This document shows, in pieces, positions 37,571 to 48,126 of a DNA stretch of 64,000 nucleotides; positions within the stretch are counted from its first letter, which is position 1; each line of letters begins with the position of its first letter. The DNA lies in the NCBI GenBank assembly GCA_026388695.1, contig JAPLJH010000063.1:12205-76204 (forward strand), in the 5' to 3' direction. The translations under genes were made by a program, and so were the position numbers. This stretch comes from Deltaproteobacteria bacterium (GTDB lineage: Bacteria; Desulfobacterota; Desulfobulbia; Desulfobulbales; Desulfurivibrionaceae). The notes beneath the pieces are model-generated. The model was given only the letters and a program-made list of their open reading frames with translations. It made no database searches and was not told the DNA's origin.

Positions 37571-40500
37571 ATGAAACTGCCACGAATTTCCAACCCGCGC
37601 CTCAAAACCAGAATCATTCTGGCCTGCGCCGTTATCGCATTATTAGGAGTCCTTGGCCCGATCGTGCTGCTTCCGCAGTTTGTTGATCTTGATGCCCTTA
37701 AGGCGCGAATGAGCACCCAGGTAAATGCCAGACTGGAGGGTGCTCTGCAAACCGACCGTCTGGAATGGGCCTGGCTGCCCCTGCCCCATTTGTATCTGCG
37801 CAACACCCGTTTTGCCAGCGAAGAGACCGCTTTGGTTGCGCCCGTGGCCAATGTGTATCCGGATTGGTGGTCGTTATTCCGTGGCAAGGTCCGGATCGGT
37901 ACGGTTGTTTTGCTGAACCCGGATATCAGGGTGAAACGGTTTCCCACCGCGCTCTCAGAACCCCCTGATCCCGAACTTTCCGGCCTGAAAATTGTGATCC
38001 GCAATGGGACATTGCAGGTTGCCGCCAACAGTCAGTGGCCCGTTCTGCGCAGCAAGGATTTCACCATGAAAGCCTTGAACGGCAGCATGGCTGTGAGCCT
38101 CGACGATATTGATTTTGACCTTTCCGGTAAACCTGCGGAAGGGGAGCACCTTGCCGTGTCCGGCGAGTATCATCGGGAGGATGCATCCTACCGAATGAAG
38201 TTTTCCTGCCGCAACTTCAATCCCCATGAAATATTTTATTCCTTTGCCCAGGGCAAACTGACGCCCGCCGATTCCCCGCTCAATCTCACCGGCAGCCTTG
38301 AGGGCCAGGGGCTTGAGAAAATGACCGGTAAGATCGAAGGCGATGCCCCCTGCCTGCTGGCGTTTCCCAAGGATAAAAAGATTCTGCTGAACTGCGGCTT
38401 TGTCGATCTGGCCTTTGTCAAGGATGGCGACGATCTGCTGTTGACGCTCAATGAATTTGAACTGCGTGAACCAGGGCTCAAACTCGCCGGTACGGTGCGA
38501 CGTTTCGCCGGAGGCGAGGCAGGCGCCGCGCCGGTGTGGCAGATCGACCTCAAGGGCGAGGATCTTGATCTGACCAAAATCCGTGAGGCGGTTCTCGCCA
38601 TGTGGGGGGAGAACGAGATTGCCAAAAAGTTTGGGCAGATCGTGCAGGGCGGCACGGCAGGCAAGGTCAGCTACAGTTTTAAGGGCCCTGCGGCAGATCT
38701 TCATTATGCCCGCAAGATGCACGTCACTGCTGAGGACGTTGAAGCCACAATCGTTACCCCGGAGGGAAATCTGCTGCTGACCAACGTCAAAGGAAAGATG
38801 CGGATTGAAAAAGGTCTGCTCGTGGTGGATGGCGATGAGGCCCGGATGGGCAATAGCCGGGGCAAAAACGGCCATCTGGTGTTGGGTTTGCCCGATGATG
38901 ATTTCACCTTCACCCTCGATGTTGACCTCGATGCCGATCTGGCTGAGCTTCCAGATGTTTTGAAGCGGCTTGTCGCCCACCAGCCCTTTCAGACCGAGCT
39001 GGCCAAGTTCAGCGATGTTTCGGGGCGGGCCACCGGCCATCTCCATCTTGGCGATCACCTGAGGAATTTCAAGGTCGCCCTTGAGGTTGCCACCATGGAG
39101 GGTAAGGGCCGCTATGCGCCGCTGGCCTGGGATTTCATCGTCGAGGGCGGGGGGATGACCATTGCCCCGCCCATGGTGCAATGGCGGAACGTGCGTGGCG
39201 CCTATGGCCCCCATGTGGTGAAAAAGGCCGCCGGGCAGGTACGTTGGCCAGACGATACTCTTCTCGAGGTATCCCAGCTTGAGGCCGTGCTGGCCGCAAA
39301 AGAGTTGGAAAAAGAAGATCTCTCTTATTTCAAGGAAATAAGCGGGGCACTGCACGAAAACATCACCCGAGCCGATGGCAAGATTGAGCTGCGGAATACC
39401 ACGCTCTCTGGGAAGGCCTCGGAACCAAAGCTGTGGAAGGCGGACACGGATTTTCTTGTACAGAATCTTGCCGTGGAAACGCCATTTTTCCCGGAACCGA
39501 TTCGGATAAAACAGGGAAAGGGGCATTTCTCGAATACGGCAATCACCGTTGCCAATGCCACCGGCTCTGTTTTTGGCGACTCCTTCACACTGGGCGCCTC
39601 CCTGACCCATCAGGCTTTTGCCGCGTTGCGCGGCAAGGTATCCCTGCAAGGAAAGGTCGGACAGGGCTTGGGGCAGTGGCTCAAGGACCGGCATCTTATT
39701 TCCCCTACCCTTTTCCCGCACCGCCCCTTCCAGGTGGAATCCTTGCAGATCGATCTCCAGGAAGGGAAAACCCATGCCAAGGGCCTGATCCGGCCGGAGG
39801 GTACTCTGTTCAGCAGCCCGCCAAAGGCTGATTTTTCCCTGGAATTCGCCAAGGATGACCCGTTGAAAATGGCGGCCCATGTGTACGGAGGCAAGGAAGA
39901 CGCCACGATCACCCTGGATTTTCTGGACAACACCCAGGAAACCTTTCTCTTCTCCTGGAAGGGAGAATTGTCCAAGCAAACCGTTGACCAGTTGCTGGAG
40001 CGGAAAAACCTGCTTCGGGGCAAGATTGCCGGAGATTTCCAGCTCTATCTGCCTTTAGACCCAAACAAGGTTGCCTTCAGCGGGCAGCTTGAAGCCACGG
40101 ATCTGCGCTGGTTTCTGGATGAGGAGGCTGAACGCTTTGTTGATATTCAGGAACTTCGCCTGGCAGGAGTGGGCAAGGATCTTAAGGTGAAACGCCTGGC
40201 CTGCGCTTTTAACGACAAGGAATCCATGGTGGTCAATGGGCTGGTTTCGCGGGTTGCCACCGGGCTTGCCCTGAAGCTCGATCTGGCCTCTCCGGCGCTT
40301 TCCAAAAAGACGTTGCTCGATTTACAAGAGGCCCTAAAACGGCTCAAGGACAAAGGCAGCAAGCCCGCTTCTTCCGAGGAGGCGCAGCAGCAGCCCCCCT
40401 GGAATATCACCGGCACCGTGGCCTTTGATGTGGATGAATTCACCTCCGGCCCCAAGCCTGGGGAGACTACCCCTTCCACCCTGGTCTGGCAGCCGTTGCA

Positions 40501-41302
40501 GGGCGAATTCAGGATTCATCCCCAGTGGAGGATGTCCGCCCTTATAACCAATGGTCGCCTCTGTTGTCTGGACACCACCGGCGAATGGTTTTCCACTCCA
40601 GAGCTGGGCACAAGCCATTTTGCCTTAAACAGTGCTTGCCCCACCCCACCCCGTTTTGAAAATGTGTTGCCTTGTCTTGGCTATCCGCAGGATATCATTG
40701 AAGGCGAATTTTCCCTCAATGGTCGGCTGGAGGGGGTGCTGAACAACTGGAAGGACGGAAATCTACAGATCGACTCCCATCAGGGGCGGATTTTGCGTAT
40801 GAAGTTTCTTTCAAAGATCTTCAGTGTGGTCAATATCACGGATCTCTTTAGCATGGGGCAAATGGGGGATGGCGTCGGGACGTCTTCCAAGGGCTTTCCC
40901 TACACGGATCTGCATTTAAAAACCCATGTGAAAGACAACGACCTGATCATCGACGAGGCAGTGGTGCGCGGTGAAGGGCTTAACCTCTTTGCCAGGGGCA
41001 AAATGAATCTCAGCACCTTTGAGCTGGATGTCGTGGTCATGATCTCCCCGTTTAAAACCCTGGATGCCATTGTTAGCAAGGTGCCGCTGGTGGGCCGGGT
41101 CATTGGTGGGGAAACCGCCACCCTGGTTACTTTCCCGGTCGGGGTAACGGGCAAGGCCAGCGACCCTCAGGTTACGCTTCTGCCGCCGAGCGCGGTGGGC
41201 GAGGGTCTGGTGAATATCGTCAAAAGAACGCTGCTGCTGCCGTTTCACATTCTTTCCCCAATGTTGCCCGAGGCGTCACCGGAGCCTGCAAAAAAGCCGT
41301 AG
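37571..41302 (+). CDS. AsmA/YhdP-like large envelope protein
   Basis: N-terminal TM, long beta-rich body, C-terminal SKVPLVGRVIGG..GKASDPQV. Confidence 0.8.
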   Translation: MKLPRISNPRLKTRIILACAVIALLGVLGPIVLLPQFVDLDALKARMSTQVNARLEGALQTDRLEWAWLPLPHLYLRNTRFASEETALVAPVANVYPDWWSLFRGKVRIGTVVLLNPDIRVKRFPTALSEPPDPELSGLKIVIRNGTLQVAANSQWPVLRSKDFTMKALNGSMAVSLDDIDFDLSGKPAEGEHLAVSGEYHREDASYRMKFSCRNFNPHEIFYSFAQGKLTPADSPLNLTGSLEGQGLEKMTGKIEGDAPCLLAFPKDKKILLNCGFVDLAFVKDGDDLLLTLNEFELREPGLKLAGTVRRFAGGEAGAAPVWQIDLKGEDLDLTKIREAVLAMWGENEIAKKFGQIVQGGTAGKVSYSFKGPAADLHYARKMHVTAEDVEATIVTPEGNLLLTNVKGKMRIEKGLLVVDGDEARMGNSRGKNGHLVLGLPDDDFTFTLDVDLDADLAELPDVLKRLVAHQPFQTELAKFSDVSGRATGHLHLGDHLRNFKVALEVATMEGKGRYAPLAWDFIVEGGGMTIAPPMVQWRNVRGAYGPHVVKKAAGQVRWPDDTLLEVSQLEAVLAAKELEKEDLSYFKEISGALHENITRADGKIELRNTTLSGKASEPKLWKADTDFLVQNLAVETPFFPEPIRIKQGKGHFSNTAITVANATGSVFGDSFTLGASLTHQAFAALRGKVSLQGKVGQGLGQWLKDRHLISPTLFPHRPFQVESLQIDLQEGKTHAKGLIRPEGTLFSSPPKADFSLEFAKDDPLKMAAHVYGGKEDATITLDFLDNTQETFLFSWKGELSKQTVDQLLERKNLLRGKIAGDFQLYLPLDPNKVAFSGQLEATDLRWFLDEEAERFVDIQELRLAGVGKDLKVKRLACAFNDKESMVVNGLVSRVATGLALKLDLASPALSKKTLLDLQEALKRLKDKGSKPASSEEAQQQPPWNITGTVAFDVDEFTSGPKPGETTPSTLVWQPLQGEFRIHPQWRMSALITNGRLCCLDTTGEWFSTPELGTSHFALNSACPTPPRFENVLPCLGYPQDIIEGEFSLNGRLEGVLNNWKDGNLQIDSHQGRILRMKFLSKIFSVVNITDLFSMGQMGDGVGTSSKGFPYTDLHLKTHVKDNDLIIDEAVVRGEGLNLFARGKMNLSTFELDVVVMISPFKTLDAIVSKVPLVGRVIGGETATLVTFPVGVTGKASDPQVTLLPPSAVGEGLVNIVKRTLLLPFHILSPMLPEASPEPAKKP

Positions 41303-41323
41303 TGAGACAATATGGGAATATGC

Positions 41324-41665
41324 ATGAAGGAATTTGTCCGGCTGATGAAGGCGCTGTCCGATCCGAACCGGGTCAAGATCGTCACGATGCTGGGAGAGCG
41401 GGAGCTGTGTGTCTGCGAGTTGACCGCGCTTCTTGGCGTGGCCCAGCCTACGGTATCCAAACATCTTCGCATCCTTGAGGATAGCGGGTTGGTTTCTTTC
41501 CGCAAGGAGGGGAATTGGATCATCTACCGGCTGAACGCCGAGTGCCAGGATCAGGCCCGGACCATGCTTGGCTTGGTGGGGCAGTGGTTGGACAACGCCC
41601 CGGAGATAGAAGGGTTGCGTCAGAGATTGCCGGAGGTACAGCATCTGCGGAAAGTTATGATCTAG
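41324..41665 (+). CDS. ArsR/SmtB transcriptional regulator
   Basis: KALSDPNR, ELCVCEL, QPTVSKHL. Confidence 0.92.
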   Translation: MKEFVRLMKALSDPNRVKIVTMLGERELCVCELTALLGVAQPTVSKHLRILEDSGLVSFRKEGNWIIYRLNAECQDQARTMLGLVGQWLDNAPEIEGLRQRLPEVQHLRKVMI

Positions 41666-42099
41666 CCAAGCCGAAAAAGTCTTTTCAGCCAGCCACCTTC
41701 TAGAGAGGGGTGAATGGCAAGAAAAGCGTGCAGCCGTGCAATATTGGGGTCTTCTGGGGGGATAAGAAATTCTAGCCCCAGCTCAAAATGCTTGGCCGGG
41801 CCGGAAAGAACATGGTCGAACCAGACGGGATGGGCAGGAATAACAAGCCTGTCTCCCTCTTCCCTGTCGATCACTTCGAGATGGATAACCTTGTGGGGAT
41901 CATCGTTACAGGCATAAAAAAGATGGTAGTTTCCGGTGCGGATGTGGGGAACGGACAGGCGGGCGCCATAGAGCGAGATATCCACCAAGGCGCCCATTAC
42001 AGGATCGGCAAGAGCCAGCCTGTTTTTCGTGTCCCGCAGGATAAGCGTGACCGCCATGCTGACGTTGAACCGTGTCGCCCGTCGATGTTCTTGGCCCAT
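41662..42099 (-). CDS. PilZ-domain protein
   Basis: RRATRF (RxxxR) and DISLYG (DxSxxG). Confidence 0.8.
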   Translation of the reverse strand: MGQEHRRATRFNVSMAVTLILRDTKNRLALADPVMGALVDISLYGARLSVPHIRTGNYHLFYACNDDPHKVIHLEVIDREEGDRLVIPAHPVWFDHVLSGPAKHFELGLEFLIPPEDPNIARLHAFLAIHPSLEGGWLKRLFRLG

Positions 42100-42239
42100 A
42101 CAGATTCGCCTTAGGGGGGGACGCTATCCCCCATACCGTGTAATGCCGCCTGTCCTCCCCTCAAATTCTGTTTATAGAATATTCCTGTAACAGGTTGATG
42201 TCAAAGAAATTTATTCCGAAGAGCCTCCGGCAGGCATCC

Positions 42240-42321
42240 CGTCATTCGGGCGAAAGCCGGAATCCAGTCAGTTTTTGCAGACAATCACGACAAGGCTGGC
42301 CTCGGCCTTCGCCGGGTGACG
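42240..42321. repeat. REP-like palindromic doublet
   Basis: CGTCATTCGGGCGAAAGCCGGAATCCAG ... CTGGCCTCGGCCTTCGCCGGGTGACG; same family as 21823-21926. Confidence 0.75.
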
Positions 42322-42327
42322 ACTTTT

Positions 42328-42951
42328 TCAGTTCATTTTCTTGTCCTGCATTTCCTTAAGCATCTCGCTGATCAACTGGCCGTTGGGTGCCGTGGCCATG
42401 GGGTTGATGCTGACCAGCCCCTGCCAGGCGGCAACAGCGCCAGGCTGATCCTTAAGGTCGTAGAGCAGGACAATCCCCTTGTTGAACCGGGCGGTTTCAT
42501 GCTTGGTGTTTGCCTGAATCGCCTTGTCAAAGGAGGCGACGGCCTGCTGCGGATTGCCAGCCTGCCGGTACATTACCCCGAGATCGGTGAGCACATCGGC
42601 ATTGTTCGGAGCCAGGGCCAGGGACTTATTGTAGGCGGTGATCGCCTTGTCCGCCTGGTCGGAATCAAAATAGAGATGGCCAAGGTTGGTCCAAGCTTCG
42701 GTGTTTTGCGGGTTCTTCTGCACCTCAAGCTCAAGCTGCAGCAGCATCTGGGTCTGCTCGGCGGTGAGCTTCTTGGCCTGGGCTTCCGGCTGGCCTGCGG
42801 CAACCTTGACCGCTCCCGCACCTGCTGGCGTTTTGTAGATGCTGAAAACGATCCCAGAGAGAAAACCGATGATCAGGCAGCCAAGGCCGATGAGAAGCAC
42901 GATTTCTTTTTTAAAGCCGCCTGCGGGAGATTGCTCGGGTTGTGATGCCAT
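42328..42951 (-). CDS. Membrane-anchored TPR protein
   Basis: N-terminal TM; AWTNLGHLY..AITAYNKSL, LTDLGVMY repeats. Confidence 0.85.
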   Translation of the reverse strand: MASQPEQSPAGGFKKEIVLLIGLGCLIIGFLSGIVFSIYKTPAGAGAVKVAAGQPEAQAKKLTAEQTQMLLQLELEVQKNPQNTEAWTNLGHLYFDSDQADKAITAYNKSLALAPNNADVLTDLGVMYRQAGNPQQAVASFDKAIQANTKHETARFNKGIVLLYDLKDQPGAVAAWQGLVSINPMATAPNGQLISEMLKEMQDKKMN

Positions 42952-43065
42952 GAGGTGAAGCCTCCTTCCTGTGGATTGTGTTGAATATTTTGACAGGGTT
43001 AAGCCCTGCCACGTTTGTCTGACACGCACGGCAGGATAAATGTTCCAGGAAAATAAATGTTTTCG

Positions 43066-46000
43066 TCAGGCCCCCAACTCATGCACCTGGAGTCCTGAGG
43101 CCATGGCCATTTGCCGCGCCTCCTCAACGATCCGGCGGTGGTGGGTAAAGAGAATGACCTGGGTTTTGGCGGCCAGCTCCCCCAGAATCTTCAAAGCCGC
43201 ACGGGAACGGGCATCATCGGCGTTCACCAGAATGTCGTCGAGGATGAAGGGCATGGGCTCATGGCTGGCAAGACGCCATTCCAGAGAGGCCAAACGCAGG
43301 GCAAGGTAGAGTTGATCCCGGGTGCCGGAACTCATCCGCTCCACCAAAACCCTGGCGCCGTTTGCTCGTGTTCCCACCAGCACCGGCTGGCCCTGATTAT
43401 CCTCATCGCTTCGCAGGCCGGTAAAGGAGCCCAGGGTAAGTTCACTGAAATACCGGGAGGTGATGGCCAGCACCGGGGCTTGGTTCTCGCTGCGAAATCG
43501 CTCGATCTCGCTTTTTAGAACGTGGCCTGCCACCTTGAGCTGGATATAGCGCTCCGCCAGTCGTCGTATCTTGGCCAGCAGTTGGGCACCCTGTTCCGCT
43601 GCCTCGGCGGCCTTGGCATTGCCATCCATCTGCCGGAGCTGGTTGCTTTTTTCTCCGATGAGCACGGAGAGCCGCTTGCCTTCCGGGGCCAGTTCCCGCT
43701 CGATTTCTTGGCTCAACCGGTTGATTTCCTCGGGAAGTGCATCCGGGTCGATTTGTGCGGCCTGGGTCTCCAGTTCGCCAAGGGAAAGGCCGCCCGCGCC
43801 CTCGATTAAAATCTTTTCGGTTTGCGCGAGGCGGTCTAATAGACTGCGATATTGGGCCGAGCGTTTCTCCGCCGCCTCCAGTTCTTCCGGTAAAACCTTT
43901 CCGGCCAAGCGGCAGAGTTCCGCAAGCTGATGCCGGGCCAGAAGTGCTTCTTCCGCCAACCGCAGCTGCTCCTCCGTGGCCTCTTGTGTTTCCTGGGCAT
44001 ACCGGGCGTGGAGGGTTCGGTCGTTTCTGGCCTGATTGAGCAGGGCCTTGAGCTGCGCCACGATCTGCCCGGCCGGTTGTCCCATGAGCGCAGGGGCAAT
44101 CTTTTCCGCCAGGCTCAGGGCTGTTTCCTCAAACTGTCTGGTGTCACGATCAATCCCTTCAATCCGTTTGCGAAGCTCGTCAGCCTCTTTCAGTCTGGCA
44201 AAACAGTTGTGCAGATTCTCCAGCACATCCCCGGCCTCGGCAGGGTGGATCTGCCGGTTGCCGCCAAGGCTGCCAACCACCTCCTGCCATTCCTGCCGCC
44301 AGAGGCCAAGCTCTTCCGTGAATCGGGTCTTCTCATTTTCTGTCTGGAGGTGTTCTCCCTCCAGAGCCGCTTTCTTTTCAAGGAGCCGCTGTCGTTTGTC
44401 TTCCATGGCCATGAGCCGCTCCAGGGTATCCTCAACCTGAAGCAGGAGCGGCTCGAGCTCCTTGCTCTGGGGCGGGGTGTGTTCCCCAAATCCGGCAAGT
44501 TCCTGGAGCAGGGCCGCGCTGATTTTTTCCCGCTCCGCGCTTTTTCTTTCCAGTTCGGCTTCCCTTGCCTGTAACTCCTCCGCGCTGAGCCGGAGAGTGG
44601 CGGCCCCGTTGAGCCAGGCCAGCATCTCCGCAGGAGAAAGGGGGATGATTGCGCAGGGTTGCCACAGGCAGCGCCACTGCGTATCCAAGTCCGTAGCCGC
44701 CAGGCTAATCTCGACCGCTTTGTTCTCCAGTTCGGCCAGAGCCCCTTCGAGGTTCTGCTGCTCTGCCCGCAAGGCCGCGAATGCTTGGACTCGCTCGGCT
44801 TCGTGGCGAAGGCGATCCGCCACCGTATCCGCCAGGGCTACCTTCTTTTCATAGGCTTCTGGCAAGGGCAGATTCTGTGCGAAAGCGGCATCCTCTCCGG
44901 CAAGGTCCTCGCCCTTGAGCCACTGACGGCGGAGAAGCTCCCAGCCCTTGTCGCGCTGGGTCCGGATCAGGACGAGCTCTTCCTCCGTGGGCGCGGTTCC
45001 AGAGGCTTCCCGCTGGCGGATATCGGCCTGCACTTCTGCCAATCTTCTGTACAGGCGGTCCCGTTCCTGCTGGCTCTCCCTTTGCCGCACCGTCTGTTCA
45101 TTAAAGGCCGCCTCGTATTTCCGCACCGTTTCCGGCAGGGGGAGGGGCAGGGCAAGGAAATCCGCGAGAGCGCCGGACCAGAGGGTTAGCCGTTCCAGGG
45201 CCTGAAGGCAGGTGCGTCTTTTTTCTTCTATAATCCTGGCCTTGTCCGCCAAGTCGGCATCGACTTCACCGGCTTTTCTCGCCATCCGCAAGGCCTGGCG
45301 CAGTCCTGCCGTGTTTTTGGCCAAGGACAATCCCGCCAGCTCCCGGTCAATCCTCGCCAGTTCTCCGCCGATTTCCAGCAGCCGTTTTCCGGTCTGGCCC
45401 AGGCCCTGCTGCAAGCCTTCGTGTCTGGCAGCCAGATGCCCGATGACCTTTCGCCTGTCGGAAACAGCCCGCAGAGTTTCCACCTGCTCCAAAGAAACAT
45501 CCTGCCGCACCAGTCTGAGAAAATCGGCAGCCTCGCGTTTGGCGCTGATCCGCATCCCCTCGCGCTTGGGTCGGTCTTCCCTACCCTTTTTGTCTTCTCC
45601 CAGGCGCTGGTGCAGCTCCTCAATGGCCTCCTCCGCCTCGAGCACCGGCTGACTAGCGGAAATAGCCGCCATCTTTCCCTGCATCTCCACAAGCTTGGCC
45701 GCAACAACGGTTTCCTTGTGGGCCAAGGTGTGGAGCGCCCTTTCGATATCCTGACGCCGGGGGGCAAAATCATCCGGCAGCTCCACGATTTCGCCCAATT
45801 CGGCAAGTTGTTGTCTCAGTGCATTGCGCAGGGCAAGCTGGGGTAGCAATTGCCGGATGCGCTCCAGTTGTCGCCTGCACCGGTCTTTTTGCCCATGCTG
45901 CTCTTCGATGGACTTGAGGGCAACCTGTGCCGCCTGCAATTCATTGTTCAGTTCTTGCCAGTCCCGGCTGGACAGTGAGGCCTCCCGCACGATTTTCTGG

Positions 46001-46566
46001 GTTTCCTTGTAGGCGGCCAGGGCCTCGTTGATCTCCCGTTTTGTGCCGCGCGCCGTGAACAGGACCTCGGTATCTATTTCCAGCCCGGCGAGTACCCCGC
46101 GCAGGGAGGATATCCCCGCCCCGGCCGAGAACAGGGCCTGACCCACCTCGCCCTTTTGGGCCAGGATATCTTCGCCACCCCTGATGAGATCCTCATGGGT
46201 CAGGCCATACAGCGATTCAAAAATTGCCTGCTCGGTGATGGGCAGAAAGGCGGCCAGTGTCTCGGCGGCCAGCGGGTTGCCTTGCGGGTCAAGGATGTCG
46301 GCCTTTCTCTTCTTGCGCCGGAAAAAGGCAAGCTCCCGGCCATCTTCCGACTCCAGGCATCCGCCCACCGAGAGTTGCTCGTTGGCATGGAGAAAATTGT
46401 CCAAGGTTCGTTCGGGAAATCCAAAGAGCCAGGCCTTGAGCGCCCTGAGGGTCGTGCTTTTTCCTGCCTCATTGGGGCCATGCACGATGTGCAGGCCAGG
46501 GCCCAGGTGCAGGGTGTGGTCGGTGAACCGGCCAAAGGCCTTGATTTCGAGTCGGGTAATCTTCAC
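43066..46566 (-). CDS. YhaN-like SMC/Rad50-type coiled-coil ATPase
   Basis: GPNEAGKST, long coiled coil, MSSGTRDQLYLALR, ILDD, FTHH. Confidence 0.88.
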   Translation of the reverse strand: MKITRLEIKAFGRFTDHTLHLGPGLHIVHGPNEAGKSTTLRALKAWLFGFPERTLDNFLHANEQLSVGGCLESEDGRELAFFRRKKRKADILDPQGNPLAAETLAAFLPITEQAIFESLYGLTHEDLIRGGEDILAQKGEVGQALFSAGAGISSLRGVLAGLEIDTEVLFTARGTKREINEALAAYKETQKIVREASLSSRDWQELNNELQAAQVALKSIEEQHGQKDRCRRQLERIRQLLPQLALRNALRQQLAELGEIVELPDDFAPRRQDIERALHTLAHKETVVAAKLVEMQGKMAAISASQPVLEAEEAIEELHQRLGEDKKGREDRPKREGMRISAKREAADFLRLVRQDVSLEQVETLRAVSDRRKVIGHLAARHEGLQQGLGQTGKRLLEIGGELARIDRELAGLSLAKNTAGLRQALRMARKAGEVDADLADKARIIEEKRRTCLQALERLTLWSGALADFLALPLPLPETVRKYEAAFNEQTVRQRESQQERDRLYRRLAEVQADIRQREASGTAPTEEELVLIRTQRDKGWELLRRQWLKGEDLAGEDAAFAQNLPLPEAYEKKVALADTVADRLRHEAERVQAFAALRAEQQNLEGALAELENKAVEISLAATDLDTQWRCLWQPCAIIPLSPAEMLAWLNGAATLRLSAEELQAREAELERKSAEREKISAALLQELAGFGEHTPPQSKELEPLLLQVEDTLERLMAMEDKRQRLLEKKAALEGEHLQTENEKTRFTEELGLWRQEWQEVVGSLGGNRQIHPAEAGDVLENLHNCFARLKEADELRKRIEGIDRDTRQFEETALSLAEKIAPALMGQPAGQIVAQLKALLNQARNDRTLHARYAQETQEATEEQLRLAEEALLARHQLAELCRLAGKVLPEELEAAEKRSAQYRSLLDRLAQTEKILIEGAGGLSLGELETQAAQIDPDALPEEINRLSQEIERELAPEGKRLSVLIGEKSNQLRQMDGNAKAAEAAEQGAQLLAKIRRLAERYIQLKVAGHVLKSEIERFRSENQAPVLAITSRYFSELTLGSFTGLRSDEDNQGQPVLVGTRANGARVLVERMSSGTRDQLYLALRLASLEWRLASHEPMPFILDDILVNADDARSRAALKILGELAAKTQVILFTHHRRIVEEARQMAMASGLQVHELGA

Positions 46567-47819
46567 CGGCTCCCCCCCTGCCCCAGCAGTCGGGCGATGA
46601 GCATTTCCTTGATCTCTTCGCGGAGGTCGTTTGCTTCGGGAATTGTGGCGGGAACAAGCCCGCCCTCGTGCAGGAGTTCCGGGGGTAGCTTTTTCTGGAG
46701 CTCGCCGATTTCCGGCACCAATTCCATGAGCGCTGCCGGCTCAAAGTCAAGGTTGTCAATGGTCCGGATCAGATCAGCCATGGGCGTTTCCGCGCCAAGC
46801 TCCGCCGTAAGCGCCACGGGCCGCTGGGTGGCAAACCGCACCTTTTCCAGCCACATCTCGCCTAGCCCTGCGGCAAGCCCGCGAAATTCCTCGGTCAGCG
46901 TTGCGGAATCACGGCGAAGCTCGGCATGGAGCGGGCTTGTTCCAATCAGTTGCAGGCGGATTGCCAGGGGCCTTCCTTCGGCGGCGGCCTGTTGCGCCTC
47001 CATGGCCTGCCGCACCGCGTCGATGGCCAGATCCATTGTGGCGCAGGCCGTGAGATCAACCTGGCAGAGCGACCAGCGCAGCACATCCAGGTCGCGGTGC
47101 TCGACTGCGGCGATGCGTCCCTCCTCCACCCGCACCAGGGTGGCCCCTTTTGCGCCAGCTTCATGGATATGTCTGCCCTGGATATTGCCGGGGAAAACGA
47201 TCCAGGGCGACTGGCTTACCTCCTCACGGATATGGACATGGCCAAGAGCCCAGTAGTCGTAGCCTTTAGCCCTCAGATCATCGGGGGAACACGGGGCATA
47301 GGGCTCATGGCCCTGTCTGCCGGTGAGCGAGGTGTGTAGCAGGCCGAGGTTCAGATGGTGCGCCAAGGCCTGGGGGTAATTTCTGGCGATATTCTCAGTC
47401 AGGGACCTAGCATGGTAGCCCTGGCCGTGTATCGCAACCCCTAATGCCTCGATGGTTTGTGTCTCGGGTTGTTTGGTGGAAAAGAGGTGGACATTGTCCG
47501 GCAGACGCAGGGCCTTGGTGATCTGGCTTGCGGCGTCATGGTTGCCCGAGACCAAAAAGACTCGGATATTTTCCTTGCGCAGTCGGGACATGCGGTCGAT
47601 GAAGAAAAGGCCGGTATTGTAATCCTTCCAGTCGCCGTCGTAGAGATCACCTGCCAAAAGGACAAAGGCGACCTGCTCTTCGATGGCCAGGGCGATCAGG
47701 TTATCGAACGCCCGCCTGGTTGCCTGCCGGAGCTGGGCAACCGGTGCGTCGGCATAGCCCTCCAGACCGCGCAGCGGGCTGTCGAGGTGGATATCCGCAG
47801 CATGGAGAAAGGTGAACAT
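46563..47819 (-). CDS. YhaO-like Mre11/SbcD metallophosphoesterase nuclease
   Basis: ADIHLD, AGDLYD, GNHD, ALGHVH. Confidence 0.9.
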   Translation of the reverse strand: MFTFLHAADIHLDSPLRGLEGYADAPVAQLRQATRRAFDNLIALAIEEQVAFVLLAGDLYDGDWKDYNTGLFFIDRMSRLRKENIRVFLVSGNHDAASQITKALRLPDNVHLFSTKQPETQTIEALGVAIHGQGYHARSLTENIARNYPQALAHHLNLGLLHTSLTGRQGHEPYAPCSPDDLRAKGYDYWALGHVHIREEVSQSPWIVFPGNIQGRHIHEAGAKGATLVRVEEGRIAAVEHRDLDVLRWSLCQVDLTACATMDLAIDAVRQAMEAQQAAAEGRPLAIRLQLIGTSPLHAELRRDSATLTEEFRGLAAGLGEMWLEKVRFATQRPVALTAELGAETPMADLIRTIDNLDFEPAALMELVPEIGELQKKLPPELLHEGGLVPATIPEANDLREEIKEMLIARLLGQGGSR

Positions 47820-47822
47820 CGC

Positions 47823-47945
47823 TTATTTGACCATAAGCATGGGGATGGTAAGAAAGGAGCCGCCACCGGCCAGGGTATTGATGAACCCGGCCAAGCCCCC
47901 GCCAAGGACCAGCAGAAAAATATTGAGCACGGAAAAACCCTGCAT
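47823..47945 (-). pseudogene. 40-aa N-terminal fragment of a TauE/SafE (TSUP) transporter
   Basis: GGAGG RBS; MQGFSVLNIFLLVLGGGLAGFINTLAGGGSFLTIPMLMVK*; not in the ORF track. Confidence 0.65.
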
Positions 47946-48126
47946 CCAACCTCCCGAAGTCATTGACTTTAAGCCTTACAGCTTCTCTCTGTACCATAGG
48001 CCTCGGCAATATGCCAGCAAACATTGAAACGCCCCAAGAGCCTCCTTTCTTCTTGACATGGGGCCTGCCGGGCAGATATCAAGAGGCTTCCACACAACGA
48101 ACAAAGGGCGATCCGGGAGAGGTTTG

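Noticed and set aside
37955-39979. 674-aa minus-strand ORF, and similar long antisense ORFs such as 50462..52072, 15256..16431 and 62829..63956
   Set aside because: Codon-mirror shadows of real genes in GC-rich DNA.
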